Of a stretch of 64,000 bases of DNA, positions 9,860-20,150 are shown piece by piece. A model generated the notes under the pieces. That model was not told the DNA's origin, searched no databases, and saw only the letters and a program-made list of their open reading frames with translations. The position numbers and the translations under genes are program-made. Numbering within the stretch: the first letter of the stretch is position 1; each line of letters starts with the position of its first letter. Location: the NCBI GenBank assembly GCA_963695545.1, contig OY968796.1, forward strand, positions 2,272,001 to 2,336,000, read 5' to 3'. The stretch comes from Terriglobia bacterium. GTDB lineage: Bacteria > Acidobacteriota > Terriglobia > Acidiferrales > UBA7541.

Positions 9860-12517
9860 TTGGCCGCCAAGAAAAAAATCCTGATCATCGTGGAAAACGC
9901 GCCCGTGCCTTTCGACCCGCGTGTGTGGAATGAAGCGCGCGCACTGCAGAGGCACGAGTACGACGTTACAGTGCTGAGCCCCCGGCGTAAGGGTTACGCG
10001 AAAACGTGCGAGGTGATCGACGGAGTTCGAATCTACCGCCACCCTCTGCCCAAAGACGGGAACACTCTGCTCGGCTACACGTACGAATACGGCTGTGCCC
10101 TGTTTTGGGAATTTCTTTTCGCGTGGTGGATTTATCTACGGCATGGTTTCGATGTCATCCAGAGCTGCAATCCTCCCGATGATATTTTTCTGGTCGCCCT
10201 CCCGTTTAAACTCCTGGGGGTCAAATACATCTTCGATCACCATGACGCGTGCCCGGAGCTGTACCTCTCGAAGTACGACAAAAAGGGAGTCTTCTACAAA
10301 ATCCAGGTGTGGCTCGAGAAAATGACTTACCGCGTCAGCGACGTCGTAATGGCTACGAACGAAAGTTACAGAAACCTGGCCATGACTCGCGGGAAGCTCG
10401 CTCCGGAAGACGTGTTCGTCGTTCGCAATGGACCGAATCTGGATACTCTAAAGGCTGTTACCCCCAAACCTGACCTGAAATTCGGCAAGCCTTATCTAGT
10501 GGGCTATGTCGGAAACATGAGCGAGCAGGATGGACTGGACATACTCCTCGATGTTGCGGCTCATGTAAAGCACTTGGGACGGCGTGACGTTCATTTCACA
10601 TGTGTGGGGGGAGGCCCGGGCCTGGCTGGACTCCGCAAGATGAACCGCGACAAGAATCTAGAGGATATCGTCACATTCACCGGACGAATTCCCGATGGTG
10701 AGTTGCTGGACATCTTATCCACCGCCGACGTTTGCGTAAATCCGGACAAACCGTGCCAGATGAACGACATGTCGACGATGATCAAAATCATGGAGTACAT
10801 GGCTCTAGGCAAGCCCATTGTTCAATTCGAATCGAAGGAAGGTAGATTCAGCGCTGATGAGGCCTCCTTATACAGCGATCCTGAAAACCAGGTAAGCGAC
10901 TTCGCAAGCAAAATCCTCTGGTTGCTCGAGAATCCCGATGAGCGGAAAAGAATGGGCGAGTTCGGGCGAAAAAGGATCGAAGAAGAACTTGCCTGGCAGT
11001 ATTCCGTTCCAAGCCTGCTTGCAGCTTATCGGAGAGCCTTCACTAAGCGAGCAAAACGAACCGAAGCGGATTCTGACCTAGATAGATTCTTGGCCGACCG
11101 GAAGCTTGGGCTGGGTCATTCCGTAAATCGCGTTCTCTCCGATTACTACCGTGTTCCCGAACGCGAGCTCGGGCCCGTATGGGCGGCAGAACCGTCTGGC
11201 GAGACCGGATTCTTTCGGTTCGGGCCGGAAGTGATTTGTTTTGGGCAATCTGCGTCGGGCGTCTCGTCGAAAGTGGACAACTCGGACGCCTACGACGCGC
11301 TGAAAAGTGCGCGCCGAAAAGACTCGGAGGTCTATTTGCCGTTTGATCCGGCGCAGATCATTGAAAACCTCCGCAGAGAGCGCTACGTGAGGCGTTCGCG
11401 CGCGAATCAACGCCGCATCGTCGACCATCCCCTGGCTCGCAAGAGCTACTACTACATCCGAGAGCTGTTGCCAGTTTCGATTCGTAAGCATCTTCAGAAA
11501 GTCTACCTTAGTGGTTGGCAAAAGCTCCGATTCCCGAGCTGGCCCGTGGATTTCACGGTTGACAAAATTCACGAAGAGCTTCTTCGTCTCTCGATGGAAG
11601 CTGGTGGCGTGGAACGGGTCCCGTTCATTTGGTTTTGGCCCGAGGGCGCTTCCAATTGCTTGATCATGACGCATGACGTGGAAACCGCGGCGGGCAGGGA
11701 TTTCACTCCGGTATTGATTGATCTTGATCACTTCTATGGCTTTAACGCTTCCTTCCAAGTCATCCCAGAAAAGCGCTACGAAGTTCCTGATGAGTACGTG
11801 CGGCAGATAAGAAGCCGCGGATGTGAATTCAACATACACGATTTGAATCATGATGGGCATTTGTATCAAGAGCGGGAGAAATTTCTCCAAAGAGCCAAGC
11901 AAATTAACAAATACATCACCAAATTCGACACGCGCGGGTTCCGAGCCGGAGCCATGTACCGCAATCTCGATTGGTACGGCGCGTACGACTTTTCGTACGA
12001 CATGTCGGTACCGAACGTTGCCCATCTGGAGCCGCAACGCGGCGGCTGTTGCACCGTGATGCCTTATTTCATCGGCAATATACTTGAGATACCTTTGATG
12101 ACGATCCAAGACTACTCACTCTTTCACATCCTGGGTGACTATTCGATCGATCTATGGAAACAGCAGATCGAAATAATTCTGAAGGGGAACGGTTTGATTA
12201 GCTTCGTGGTCCATCCCGACTACGTGATCGAGAAGCGCGCCCGGGCCGTGTACGCGGAACTTTTGCAACATTTGGCAAAGCTGCGAGACGAACGAAAGCT
12301 GTGGAGCGCTCTTCCTGGCGAGGTAAACCGATGGTGGAGAAACCGAAACCAGATGAAATTGATCGCGGCGGGCGACGGTTGGAGGATTGAAGGCCCAGAC
12401 TCTGATCGTGCGCGAGTCGCGTACGCGACCTTGGATGGCGATCGGCTCAAGTACACCGTTGAAAGTCAGTCCCGAGCACTTGTCCCTCCGACGGAGGACG
12501 GCATTCATTCGAATTAA
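9860..12517 (+). CDS. GT4 glycosyltransferase fused to a polysaccharide-deacetylase-like domain
   Basis: N-terminal ~400 aa GT4 (FDHHD, KIMEYMALGKPIV); C-terminal THDVE, HDLNHDG, FRAG, HPDY (NodB/CE4-like). Confidence 0.8.
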   Translation: MAAKKKILIIVENAPVPFDPRVWNEARALQRHEYDVTVLSPRRKGYAKTCEVIDGVRIYRHPLPKDGNTLLGYTYEYGCALFWEFLFAWWIYLRHGFDVIQSCNPPDDIFLVALPFKLLGVKYIFDHHDACPELYLSKYDKKGVFYKIQVWLEKMTYRVSDVVMATNESYRNLAMTRGKLAPEDVFVVRNGPNLDTLKAVTPKPDLKFGKPYLVGYVGNMSEQDGLDILLDVAAHVKHLGRRDVHFTCVGGGPGLAGLRKMNRDKNLEDIVTFTGRIPDGELLDILSTADVCVNPDKPCQMNDMSTMIKIMEYMALGKPIVQFESKEGRFSADEASLYSDPENQVSDFASKILWLLENPDERKRMGEFGRKRIEEELAWQYSVPSLLAAYRRAFTKRAKRTEADSDLDRFLADRKLGLGHSVNRVLSDYYRVPERELGPVWAAEPSGETGFFRFGPEVICFGQSASGVSSKVDNSDAYDALKSARRKDSEVYLPFDPAQIIENLRRERYVRRSRANQRRIVDHPLARKSYYYIRELLPVSIRKHLQKVYLSGWQKLRFPSWPVDFTVDKIHEELLRLSMEAGGVERVPFIWFWPEGASNCLIMTHDVETAAGRDFTPVLIDLDHFYGFNASFQVIPEKRYEVPDEYVRQIRSRGCEFNIHDLNHDGHLYQEREKFLQRAKQINKYITKFDTRGFRAGAMYRNLDWYGAYDFSYDMSVPNVAHLEPQRGGCCTVMPYFIGNILEIPLMTIQDYSLFHILGDYSIDLWKQQIEIILKGNGLISFVVHPDYVIEKRARAVYAELLQHLAKLRDERKLWSALPGEVNRWWRNRNQMKLIAAGDGWRIEGPDSDRARVAYATLDGDRLKYTVESQSRALVPPTEDGIHSN

Positions 12518-12793
12518 CGCGGGGCCGTTTAACGCGCCTTCTTCGGAGTCAGGATCGGAAGACCCTTAAGGCACCTAATTGAACAACTTCGGAGCTGAAA
12601 GGATCTGTTAATCAAACCGCAGACGTTCCTTTTGCTTGGTTTGTGATTTTGTCCGCCACGGAGATATCGAGATTTCCGCGCGTTGCGGCAGTGCGCGGCT
12701 AGATTGGCGCGCGCCCTCCGAACCGCGCGCTCGGCAGTTAAACACGTGATCCCTGCTGTCGCGTTCAAAGGCAGCTCACCCAGAGAGGTTGCG

Positions 12794-13990
12794 ATGCTGA
12801 ATTGTGATGTGGCAATCCTTGGCGCCGGTCCATATGGCTTAGCGGCGGGCGCGCATTTGCGGAATATCAAGGGTCTTGATGTTCGAGTGTTTGGTGAGCC
12901 CATGGATTTCTGGAAATCGCACATGCCGGAGGGTATGTTCCTGCGATCGCCTTGGGCAGCTTCGCAGATATCGGATCCGCAATCGTCTCTAACTATGGAC
13001 GCATTCCGTCAGGCCACGGGCACGGAGATATCCAAACCGATTCCGCTTGATCGGTTTGTCGACTATGGACTTTGGTTTCAGAGTCAAGCCGTCCCGGAAG
13101 TGGATCGCCGCCACATCGAGCGAATCGATCAGCGTGCAGGAAGTCTCTGTGTAACTCTCGAGGATGGTGAACAGCTTTCCTGCAAGCGCGTTGTAGTCGC
13201 GGCGGGTATCAGCACGTTCGCGCGTCGTCTCTCGCAGTTTGAGGGGATTTCGCCCGAATTCGTAACGCACGCGTCGGATGGGAGAGACGTCCACAGATTC
13301 GCTGGCAAGCGGGTCGCCGTGGTCGGCGCGGGACAAAGCGCGCTTGAATCGGCAGCTCTGATTCATGAAGCGGGCGCGGAAGTGGAAGTGATCGCCCGCC
13401 AGTCGAGCGTGCATTGGCTGGGCTGGCGGGCGAGAATGCAGAAGCTCGGTCCCATCGCGAAGTTGCTCTATTCACCGCACGACATAGGTCCGGCCGGCGT
13501 CAGCCGAATCGTCGCCATGCCGCAATCCATGAAATATTTTCCGCGTGTCGTGCAAAATCGTTTTCGAATCCGTGCGCTCCGCCCTGCCGGGGCGCGCTGG
13601 CTTCAGCCCCGCTTCCACAGCATTCCCATTACCACCAGACGGCAGATTACGACCGTGGCGATGTCGGGCGACCGGCTGAATCTCCGGTTGGATGATGGCA
13701 CTACTCGCGATGTGGATCATGTTTTGCTCGGCACCGGATACAAGGTCGATGTCTCGCGCTATCCATTTCTGCCGGCGGAGTTGAGCAATAAGTTAGATCA
13801 AGCGAATGGCTTCGTGAAAGTAAACCGGGGATTCGAGTCATCCGTTCCGGGCTTACATTTCCTGGGCGCTCCTACTGCCTGGACTTTCGGCCCGCTCATG
13901 TATTTCGTTTGTGGAACTGATTTCGCCGCTCGACAACTGGCCGCATATGTTTCGCGCACAGGCACACGTTCGGGAAGTGGTTCAAAGTGA
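12794..13990 (+). CDS. FAD/NAD(P)-dependent oxidoreductase (flavin monooxygenase-like)
   Basis: GAGPYG FAD motif, GAGQSALE NAD(P) motif, GTGY, ESSVPGLHFLG. Confidence 0.85.
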   Translation: MLNCDVAILGAGPYGLAAGAHLRNIKGLDVRVFGEPMDFWKSHMPEGMFLRSPWAASQISDPQSSLTMDAFRQATGTEISKPIPLDRFVDYGLWFQSQAVPEVDRRHIERIDQRAGSLCVTLEDGEQLSCKRVVVAAGISTFARRLSQFEGISPEFVTHASDGRDVHRFAGKRVAVVGAGQSALESAALIHEAGAEVEVIARQSSVHWLGWRARMQKLGPIAKLLYSPHDIGPAGVSRIVAMPQSMKYFPRVVQNRFRIRALRPAGARWLQPRFHSIPITTRRQITTVAMSGDRLNLRLDDGTTRDVDHVLLGTGYKVDVSRYPFLPAELSNKLDQANGFVKVNRGFESSVPGLHFLGAPTAWTFGPLMYFVCGTDFAARQLAAYVSRTGTRSGSGSK

Positions 13991-14018
13991 TGTCTCCTGC
14001 CAAGGGAGCTTAATTCAG

Positions 14019-15221
14019 ATGGTGGATCAGAATACCCGGCCTGCCGATGAGCCCGGCGCCAAAGTTGGCGCCGTTGTCGTTGGAGGCGACTTTCATGGAC
14101 TGGGCATCATGCGCAGTCTCGGAAGCCGAGGTGTGCCAATTTGCGTCGTGGATGACGAATACTCCATCGGCCGTTATTCCAGATATGCGACTCATTACGT
14201 GCGCGCTCCCAATCTTCGCAAGGAAGAGGAGACCGTCGAGTTCTTGCTCGCCATGGGCCGTCGCTTGAACTTAAAAGGATGGGTTCTGTTCCCCACTCGC
14301 GACGAGCACGTTGCCACGTTCTCGCGGCACCGAAGCGCTCTGGCGGAGTTCTTTCGAGTTCCGACACCGGAATGGGAAAGTGTAAAGTGGGCCTGGAACA
14401 AGTGGAACACGTATTCCCTGGCCGAGAAGCTTGGGATTCCAATTCCAAAAACTTGGTGTCCGCGCAGCGTCGAAGAGCTCGATGCGATTGAAGCGAGCTT
14501 TCCGATCGGCATCAAGCCCGCCGTCAAAGAGGATTTTTTCTACGCGACGAAAGCAAAGGCCTGGCGCGCGAATAATCGCGACGAACTAAAGGCCTTATTT
14601 CTAAGAGCCTCGGCCCACGTTGGATCAAATGAAGTCTTAGTTCAGGAAATTATTCCCGGCGATGGTCATAGCCAATTTTCTTGCTGCGTTTTTTTCAAGG
14701 AAGGGAAAGTCATCGCCAACATGGAGGCGCAACGATGGCGTCAGCATCCGCCGGAATTCGGCCGGGCCGCCACATTTGTTGAGAGCGTCGACCTTCCTTC
14801 GATCGTAGACCCCACGCTCCGGTTTCTCCGGGCGATCAATTACTACGGCTTGGCGGAAGTGGAGTTCAAGCTGGATTCCAGAGATGGAAAATATAAGTTG
14901 CTGGACGTAAACGCCAGGACGTGGGGATTCCATGCACTAGGGCGGCCGGCGGGGGTCGACTTTTCGTACCTACTTTTCGCCGACCAGGTCGGTGAGACCC
15001 TGGCGCCGTGCCGAAGCCGGGCGGGCGTCGGTTGGATTCGCATGATTACCGACATTCCGACCAGCATATCCGACATTCTTCATGGCAGGCTCAAGCTGAA
15101 CGCATACTCCACATCATTGAAGCACTTCCGCGTTGAATCCGTTTTCAGTCGAGAGGACATCCTTCCGAGTATCGCTGAGATCGTCCTGCTTCCGTACCTG
15201 GCCGTGAAGCGTGGTTACTAA
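14019..15221 (+). CDS. ATP-grasp carboxylate-amine ligase (D-aspartate-ligase-like)
   Basis: LFPTRD, IPIPKT, IKPA, VQEIIPG, EVEFKLD...KLLDVNAR; GGGAG RBS. Confidence 0.85.
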   Translation: MVDQNTRPADEPGAKVGAVVVGGDFHGLGIMRSLGSRGVPICVVDDEYSIGRYSRYATHYVRAPNLRKEEETVEFLLAMGRRLNLKGWVLFPTRDEHVATFSRHRSALAEFFRVPTPEWESVKWAWNKWNTYSLAEKLGIPIPKTWCPRSVEELDAIEASFPIGIKPAVKEDFFYATKAKAWRANNRDELKALFLRASAHVGSNEVLVQEIIPGDGHSQFSCCVFFKEGKVIANMEAQRWRQHPPEFGRAATFVESVDLPSIVDPTLRFLRAINYYGLAEVEFKLDSRDGKYKLLDVNARTWGFHALGRPAGVDFSYLLFADQVGETLAPCRSRAGVGWIRMITDIPTSISDILHGRLKLNAYSTSLKHFRVESVFSREDILPSIAEIVLLPYLAVKRGY

Positions 15222-15332
15222 GGTACGCTCGTAAATATTTTCCCGACACAAGCGACGGGGCTCCGAACCAAAGAAAGCGCTCGGCAACAGTTCTTTCAGG
15301 AATAGATATCCGGCTTGAAATAGAGAGAAATT

Positions 15333-16385
15333 GTGTCGACAGTTTACAAATTAGATCCGTTGCGCGACCCTCGATGGAAAGCCCTGGTTGAGCGGCACCC
15401 GAGCGCATCGGTATTCCACACGACCGGCTGGCTCGAAGCCCTCCAGCGAACCTATGGGTATAGGCCGGTGGTGTTTACGACGTCGCCGCCAACGGGGGAA
15501 TTGCGCAACGGACTTGTTTTTTGTCGGATACGTAGTTGGATCACCGGGCCGCGAATGGTTTCACTTCCGTTTTCCGACCATTGCGAGCCATTGGTCAATT
15601 CCCCGGAAGAGCTTGCGTTCCTTCTGGATTACCTGCAGGCAGAAATGGAACACCAGGAATGGAGGTATTTGGAGGTCAGGCCGATCAATGGATGTGCGAG
15701 CCCAATAGCGAAGGAGAGCGGCTTCGGCGCCGCCAAGCATTACTACCTACATCGGATGGACATCAAGCCAAATGACGAGGACATTTTTCGGAGCCTTCAC
15801 AAGGATTCGGTGCAACGGCGGATCAAACGCGCAGCAAAAGCGGGGCTTGAATGCGAATGTGGGCGATCCGACAGGCTGTTAAAGGATTTCTACCATCTGC
15901 TATTGCTTACGCGAAGCCGCCATCGTCTTCCGCCGCAGCCATTCGCGTGGTTTCACAATTTGGCCTCCGCGATGGGCAGTTCGCTTGAAATTCGAGTGTC
16001 CTACAAAAATCAAGCGCCGACCAACGCCATTCTGACGCTGCGTTTTCGAGACATCGTTTATTACAAGTATGGGTGCTCAGATTCGAGGTTTAAGAATTTG
16101 GGCGCGATGCCTTTACTTCTGTGGCGCGCAATTCAGGAATCAAAAGCGGCGGGCGCAAATGAGTTTGACCTCGGCCGGTCGGAAATTGATAACGAAGGGT
16201 TAATCGCGTTCAAGAACCATTGGGTGCAGGACCACACTCAAATCGCCTATTGGAGATACCCTGCGCCCGATTCTATGGCTTTGGCTGGAGACTGGAAGCT
16301 GAATATGGTCAAACAGATTTGTGCGTGGATGCCGTACAGATTGCTTGCGATGACAGGAAACTTGCTTTACCGCCATATCGGATGA
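15333..16385 (+). CDS. GNAT/FemAB-like acyl- or aminoacyltransferase
   Basis: ASVFHTTGWL, SLPFSDHC, FDLGRS...GLIAFKNHW are typical of FemAB-related EPS proteins. Confidence 0.82.
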   Translation: MSTVYKLDPLRDPRWKALVERHPSASVFHTTGWLEALQRTYGYRPVVFTTSPPTGELRNGLVFCRIRSWITGPRMVSLPFSDHCEPLVNSPEELAFLLDYLQAEMEHQEWRYLEVRPINGCASPIAKESGFGAAKHYYLHRMDIKPNDEDIFRSLHKDSVQRRIKRAAKAGLECECGRSDRLLKDFYHLLLLTRSRHRLPPQPFAWFHNLASAMGSSLEIRVSYKNQAPTNAILTLRFRDIVYYKYGCSDSRFKNLGAMPLLLWRAIQESKAAGANEFDLGRSEIDNEGLIAFKNHWVQDHTQIAYWRYPAPDSMALAGDWKLNMVKQICAWMPYRLLAMTGNLLYRHIG

Positions 16386-16630
16386 GCAAGGATGGTTCAC
16401 GATTTTCATTCCACGCGAAGCATGCGAAGTCTCTCGACTGATCGATGGGCTCCGACGTTCTGATACTGGCACGCGTACACGAGCGATCCGTCAAGGTCAT
16501 GGAAATGCGCGCGCTCCGTCGAGAAAAATCCTCTTCACGCATGGATACCTCACCACGCGCGCGTGCGGAGCGCCGCTCTCCGAGAGGGCGTTACCGATAT
16601 GAAGCCGGTACAATCAGGCTGGCGAGACAC

Positions 16631-17551
16631 ATGGCTGAACCAGAGCGTATCTCAAATGCCCGCCCGCTATTCAGTATCGTCATAGCGGTCTACGACGATT
16701 GGGCGCTTCTCGATCAGTGTCTTCAATCCTTGGCTCAACAATCGAGCGAGGTGAGCTACGAAGTCATCGTCGTGGACGACGGTAGTAGAGATCCTGCCCC
16801 TGATTCAATCCGCCGTTGGATCGATTGTTATCCACTGATGGTCATTAGAGAATCGCACGCCGGAATCTCTGCCGCGCGAAATCGAGGCGTTCAGATTTCT
16901 AGTGGTGCGGTGTTGCTTTTCGTGGACGCTGATTGCAGGGTTCAGCCAAACTGTCTTGTGGCCCTCGCGTCGACCATTTCAAAATTTCCGCAGCAGAATT
17001 GTTTTCAGTTGCATCTCGTTGGAGATTGTTCGGGGCTGGTTGGGCGCGCGGAAGAACTGCGGCTGGCGACGCTTCAAGATCAGATGCTGCAGCAGGACGG
17101 CCGGATCCGATATCTAAATACCTCGGGATTTGCCATTCGGCGCGCCGCAGTAGACGTTGAGAATGGAATCTTCGATCCTATCGCCCTTCGGGCGGAAGAC
17201 ACGCTATTGTTGGCGACTCTGATTCAACGCGGCGAGCTGCCTCTATTTGTTACTGGCGCGTTCGTTCAACACGCGATTCGACTGTCTTTGCTACAGTGCA
17301 TTCGGAAGGATTTTCGGTCCGTCCACCTGGTCGGAAAGACGTATGACATCATCTCCTCGAAGGGCGTGAAATTTAGACTGAGTCATCGCGAACGTTTGGC
17401 GATGCTGCGATCGATGTGGAAAAGCTCCGGACGGGAATCGATCGGAAGGTCGGCATGGTTCGTAGTAACCGGGCGGCGAGCGCTGCGCCTGATCCTTTCA
17501 TTTTCTTACCGATGCTTCCACGGATTCTCGCAGAATTCCACGACGCTCTGA
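16631..17551 (+). CDS. GT2 glycosyltransferase
   Basis: FSIVIAVYD, EVIVVDDGS, SAARNRG, FVDAD. Confidence 0.88.
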   Translation: MAEPERISNARPLFSIVIAVYDDWALLDQCLQSLAQQSSEVSYEVIVVDDGSRDPAPDSIRRWIDCYPLMVIRESHAGISAARNRGVQISSGAVLLFVDADCRVQPNCLVALASTISKFPQQNCFQLHLVGDCSGLVGRAEELRLATLQDQMLQQDGRIRYLNTSGFAIRRAAVDVENGIFDPIALRAEDTLLLATLIQRGELPLFVTGAFVQHAIRLSLLQCIRKDFRSVHLVGKTYDIISSKGVKFRLSHRERLAMLRSMWKSSGRESIGRSAWFVVTGRRALRLILSFSYRCFHGFSQNSTTL

Positions 17552-18042
17552 AATTGATCGGGAGCTTGCGAAATACTCTCGGGGTTCGCGGTCGGCGGCA
17601 GTCGGTTGCCACGCGAGGAGTAGCGCGGGAAAATTGGCGGCGCCGGGAATCGGAGTGCCTCCGCATCTTGATTCACAACGCCCGCTGAACCAGCTTGCAA
17701 TTCGGTCATTGGCATGCTATTTCGAGCGCTAAGCATGTTTGCGGGTATGATCGTAACGATGGAGTCAACTGCCTAGGGGTCTGAGGAAACTCGCGTTGAT
17801 GACTTTTTGCCGGAAGTAAAAATGGTGGAAAGTGGGTAGAGCGCAGCCGGTCTATATTTAGGCGAAATTGTTTCCACTCCCGGGGGCGGAATGGCTGCAG
17901 GAAACGGTCAATTCGGTACTAAGACACTTGTTTACAGCGACATACGAGAAGTCAGTAGTGGTCCGTCGATTGCTCTCTTCATGGTCAAATGCATGTCTAC
18001 TCGATCGCTACGAAGGAGACGGAGCCCGAACAGACCCCATTG

Positions 18043-19140
18043 ATGAGCGACACGACTGCAATCGGGGACGATGCCACTCGCCAGCTGGCGCGCATTTGGC
18101 AGGAACTCCTGGGCGTCGATCCGATAGGTCTCGACCAAAACTACTTTGATTTGGGCGGCGACTCATCGGTGGCGGTGCACGTATTCGCTCGGATCGAGCG
18201 AGAATTCAAAGTCAAGTTGCCCCTCGCCACCCTATTCGAGGCTCCCACCATCGAAGAGCTCGCGCAGGTTCTGCGTCGCGAGTCCTCACCATCCGGATGG
18301 TCGCCGCTTGTCGCTATTCAGCCGGCGGGAACGCGGCCTACTTTCTTCTGCATGCATGGGGCTGGCGGAAACATTTTGATTTATCGTGACCTCGCGCGCC
18401 GATTGGGCTCCAATCAGCCGTTTTATGGCTTGCAGGCTCCTGGATTAGATGGGAGTCGTCCTCTGCTGACGCGCGTGGAGGAGATGGCGGCCCTGTACGC
18501 GAAAGAGATTCGGAAGATGCAGCCTCGCGGGCCCTACTTCCTTGGCGGTTACTGCATGGGCGGAACCGTTGCGCTCGAGGTTGCGCAACAGCTTCAAGCG
18601 TGTGGAGAACAAGTGGCCTTGCTCGCGATGTTCGATACCATGGATTGGTCTAAGATCCCCATCCCGTCGTTCTTAGGCAAAGGCTACCAGTCCTTCCAGA
18701 GGCTCGCCTTCCACGGAGCGAATTTCTTCCGCCTGGACGGCCGCGGTAAGCTCCAGTTTTTTAAGGAAAAAATGAAAACGCTTCGCAGCCGAATCCCGGT
18801 GTGGCGAGGAATGCTACTGGCAGAATTCGCGAGTCAACCCCGTGCCGTTGCGTCAGAATCCCTCTTGCTCGCGAAGGTCTGGCAAACAAACGACCGAGCG
18901 TGCGTCAACTACCTCCCGCGACCCTACGCGGGAACGATCACTGATGTTCGCCCCCTGAAGCAGTATCGCGCTTTCAATAAAACCGACGCAAAATGGGATC
19001 AGCTGGCGAAAGGCGGACTAAAGGTCGTGGTGCTGCCGACGTATCCCGCCGGGATGCTTGTCGAGCCATTCGTCAAGTATTTGGCTACTGTCCTAGAGAA
19101 ATCGATTGACGATGCGATTGGAAGATGCGGAGATACCTAG
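18043..19140 (+). CDS. Carrier protein (PCP/ACP)-thioesterase didomain 1 (Cys nucleophile)
   Basis: YFDLGGDS phosphopantetheine site, LFEAPTIEELA; TE motifs HGAGG and GGYCMGG; alternative start at 17989. Confidence 0.85.
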   Translation: MSDTTAIGDDATRQLARIWQELLGVDPIGLDQNYFDLGGDSSVAVHVFARIEREFKVKLPLATLFEAPTIEELAQVLRRESSPSGWSPLVAIQPAGTRPTFFCMHGAGGNILIYRDLARRLGSNQPFYGLQAPGLDGSRPLLTRVEEMAALYAKEIRKMQPRGPYFLGGYCMGGTVALEVAQQLQACGEQVALLAMFDTMDWSKIPIPSFLGKGYQSFQRLAFHGANFFRLDGRGKLQFFKEKMKTLRSRIPVWRGMLLAEFASQPRAVASESLLLAKVWQTNDRACVNYLPRPYAGTITDVRPLKQYRAFNKTDAKWDQLAKGGLKVVVLPTYPAGMLVEPFVKYLATVLEKSIDDAIGRCGDT

Positions 19141-19184
19141 CAATTCCCAGGTGGATCCCGCCTACAAGGCCGTGGAGGAGTTGA

Positions 19185-20048
19185 ATGACGGCCGCCATTA
19201 GCTGGTCTAAGACTTGGACATATTTAGACGGAGTTTGGCACGAGGGGAACGTGCCAATCATGGGGCCGCGTACCCACGCCGCTTGGCTCTGCTCCGTGGT
19301 GTTTGATGGCGCGCGGTATTTTGAAGGCGTTGCGCCCGATCTCGATCTCCATTGCGCGCGCGTCAACGACTCCGCTGCCAAACTATTCCTGAAGCCGACG
19401 GTTCCGACGGAGACATGGGTCAAGCTAGCCTGGGAAGGGATCGCCCGGTTCGATAAGGATGCCCCGCTCTACATTCGACCAATGTACTGGGCAGAAAAGG
19501 AAGGTCCTTGGATTCAGGCGCACGAGCCGGAGTCGACGCGATGGTGCTTGACGATCTACGAAGCACCCATGCGGCCACCTAAGGGTTTCTCGGTGACACT
19601 GTCACCGTATCGCAGACCGACGCTCGACACAATGCCGGTTGATGCGAAGGCTGGATGTCTTTATCCCAATAACGCGCGGGCTCTTTTTGAGGTGCAAGCG
19701 CGGGGTTTCGACAATGCGATTGTATGTGACATGCTCGGGAATGTCGCCGAACTGGCCACATCGAACATTTTTATGGCCAAGAACGGTGTAGTGTACACGC
19801 CCGTTCCGAACGGAACATTTCTCGCGGGCATCACTCGCCACAGGGTGATCGGTCTGCTGCGTGGAGCCGGTGTGAGCGTAGTCGAGAAGGCGCTGGCGTA
19901 TCGAGACTTCAAGGATGCGGACGAGATATTCTCGACAGGAAACTATTCCAAAGTAGTTCCAGTGACGCGCATTGATGATCGTACACTTTCATTTGGGCCT
20001 TTGTATGCCAAAGCACGAGAACTCTACTGGGCGTTCGCGCATTCATGA
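19185..20048 (+). CDS. Class IV PLP aminotransferase (branched-chain/D-amino-acid type)
   Basis: VFDGAR, YIRP, AKAGCLY, ELATSNIF, FLAGITR; GGAGGAG RBS. Confidence 0.9.
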   Translation: MTAAISWSKTWTYLDGVWHEGNVPIMGPRTHAAWLCSVVFDGARYFEGVAPDLDLHCARVNDSAAKLFLKPTVPTETWVKLAWEGIARFDKDAPLYIRPMYWAEKEGPWIQAHEPESTRWCLTIYEAPMRPPKGFSVTLSPYRRPTLDTMPVDAKAGCLYPNNARALFEVQARGFDNAIVCDMLGNVAELATSNIFMAKNGVVYTPVPNGTFLAGITRHRVIGLLRGAGVSVVEKALAYRDFKDADEIFSTGNYSKVVPVTRIDDRTLSFGPLYAKARELYWAFAHS

Positions 20049-20150
20049 ACATCGTGCCATCCGGTCAACCGACGAGAAAGCACCCCGATCGTTAGCGCAC
20101 CGCTCAGACCCGGAAGGTAATATCTTCGATTCCATCTCGTCGCGTGGACT

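Noticed and set aside
17709..17726. TTGGCATGCTATTTCG as a sigma54 promoter for the carrier-TE genes
   Set aside because: It lacks the essential GC at -12
17552..18042. Possible remnant of an NRPS A or C domain upstream of T-TE1
   Set aside because: No adenylation or condensation core motifs seen in any frame
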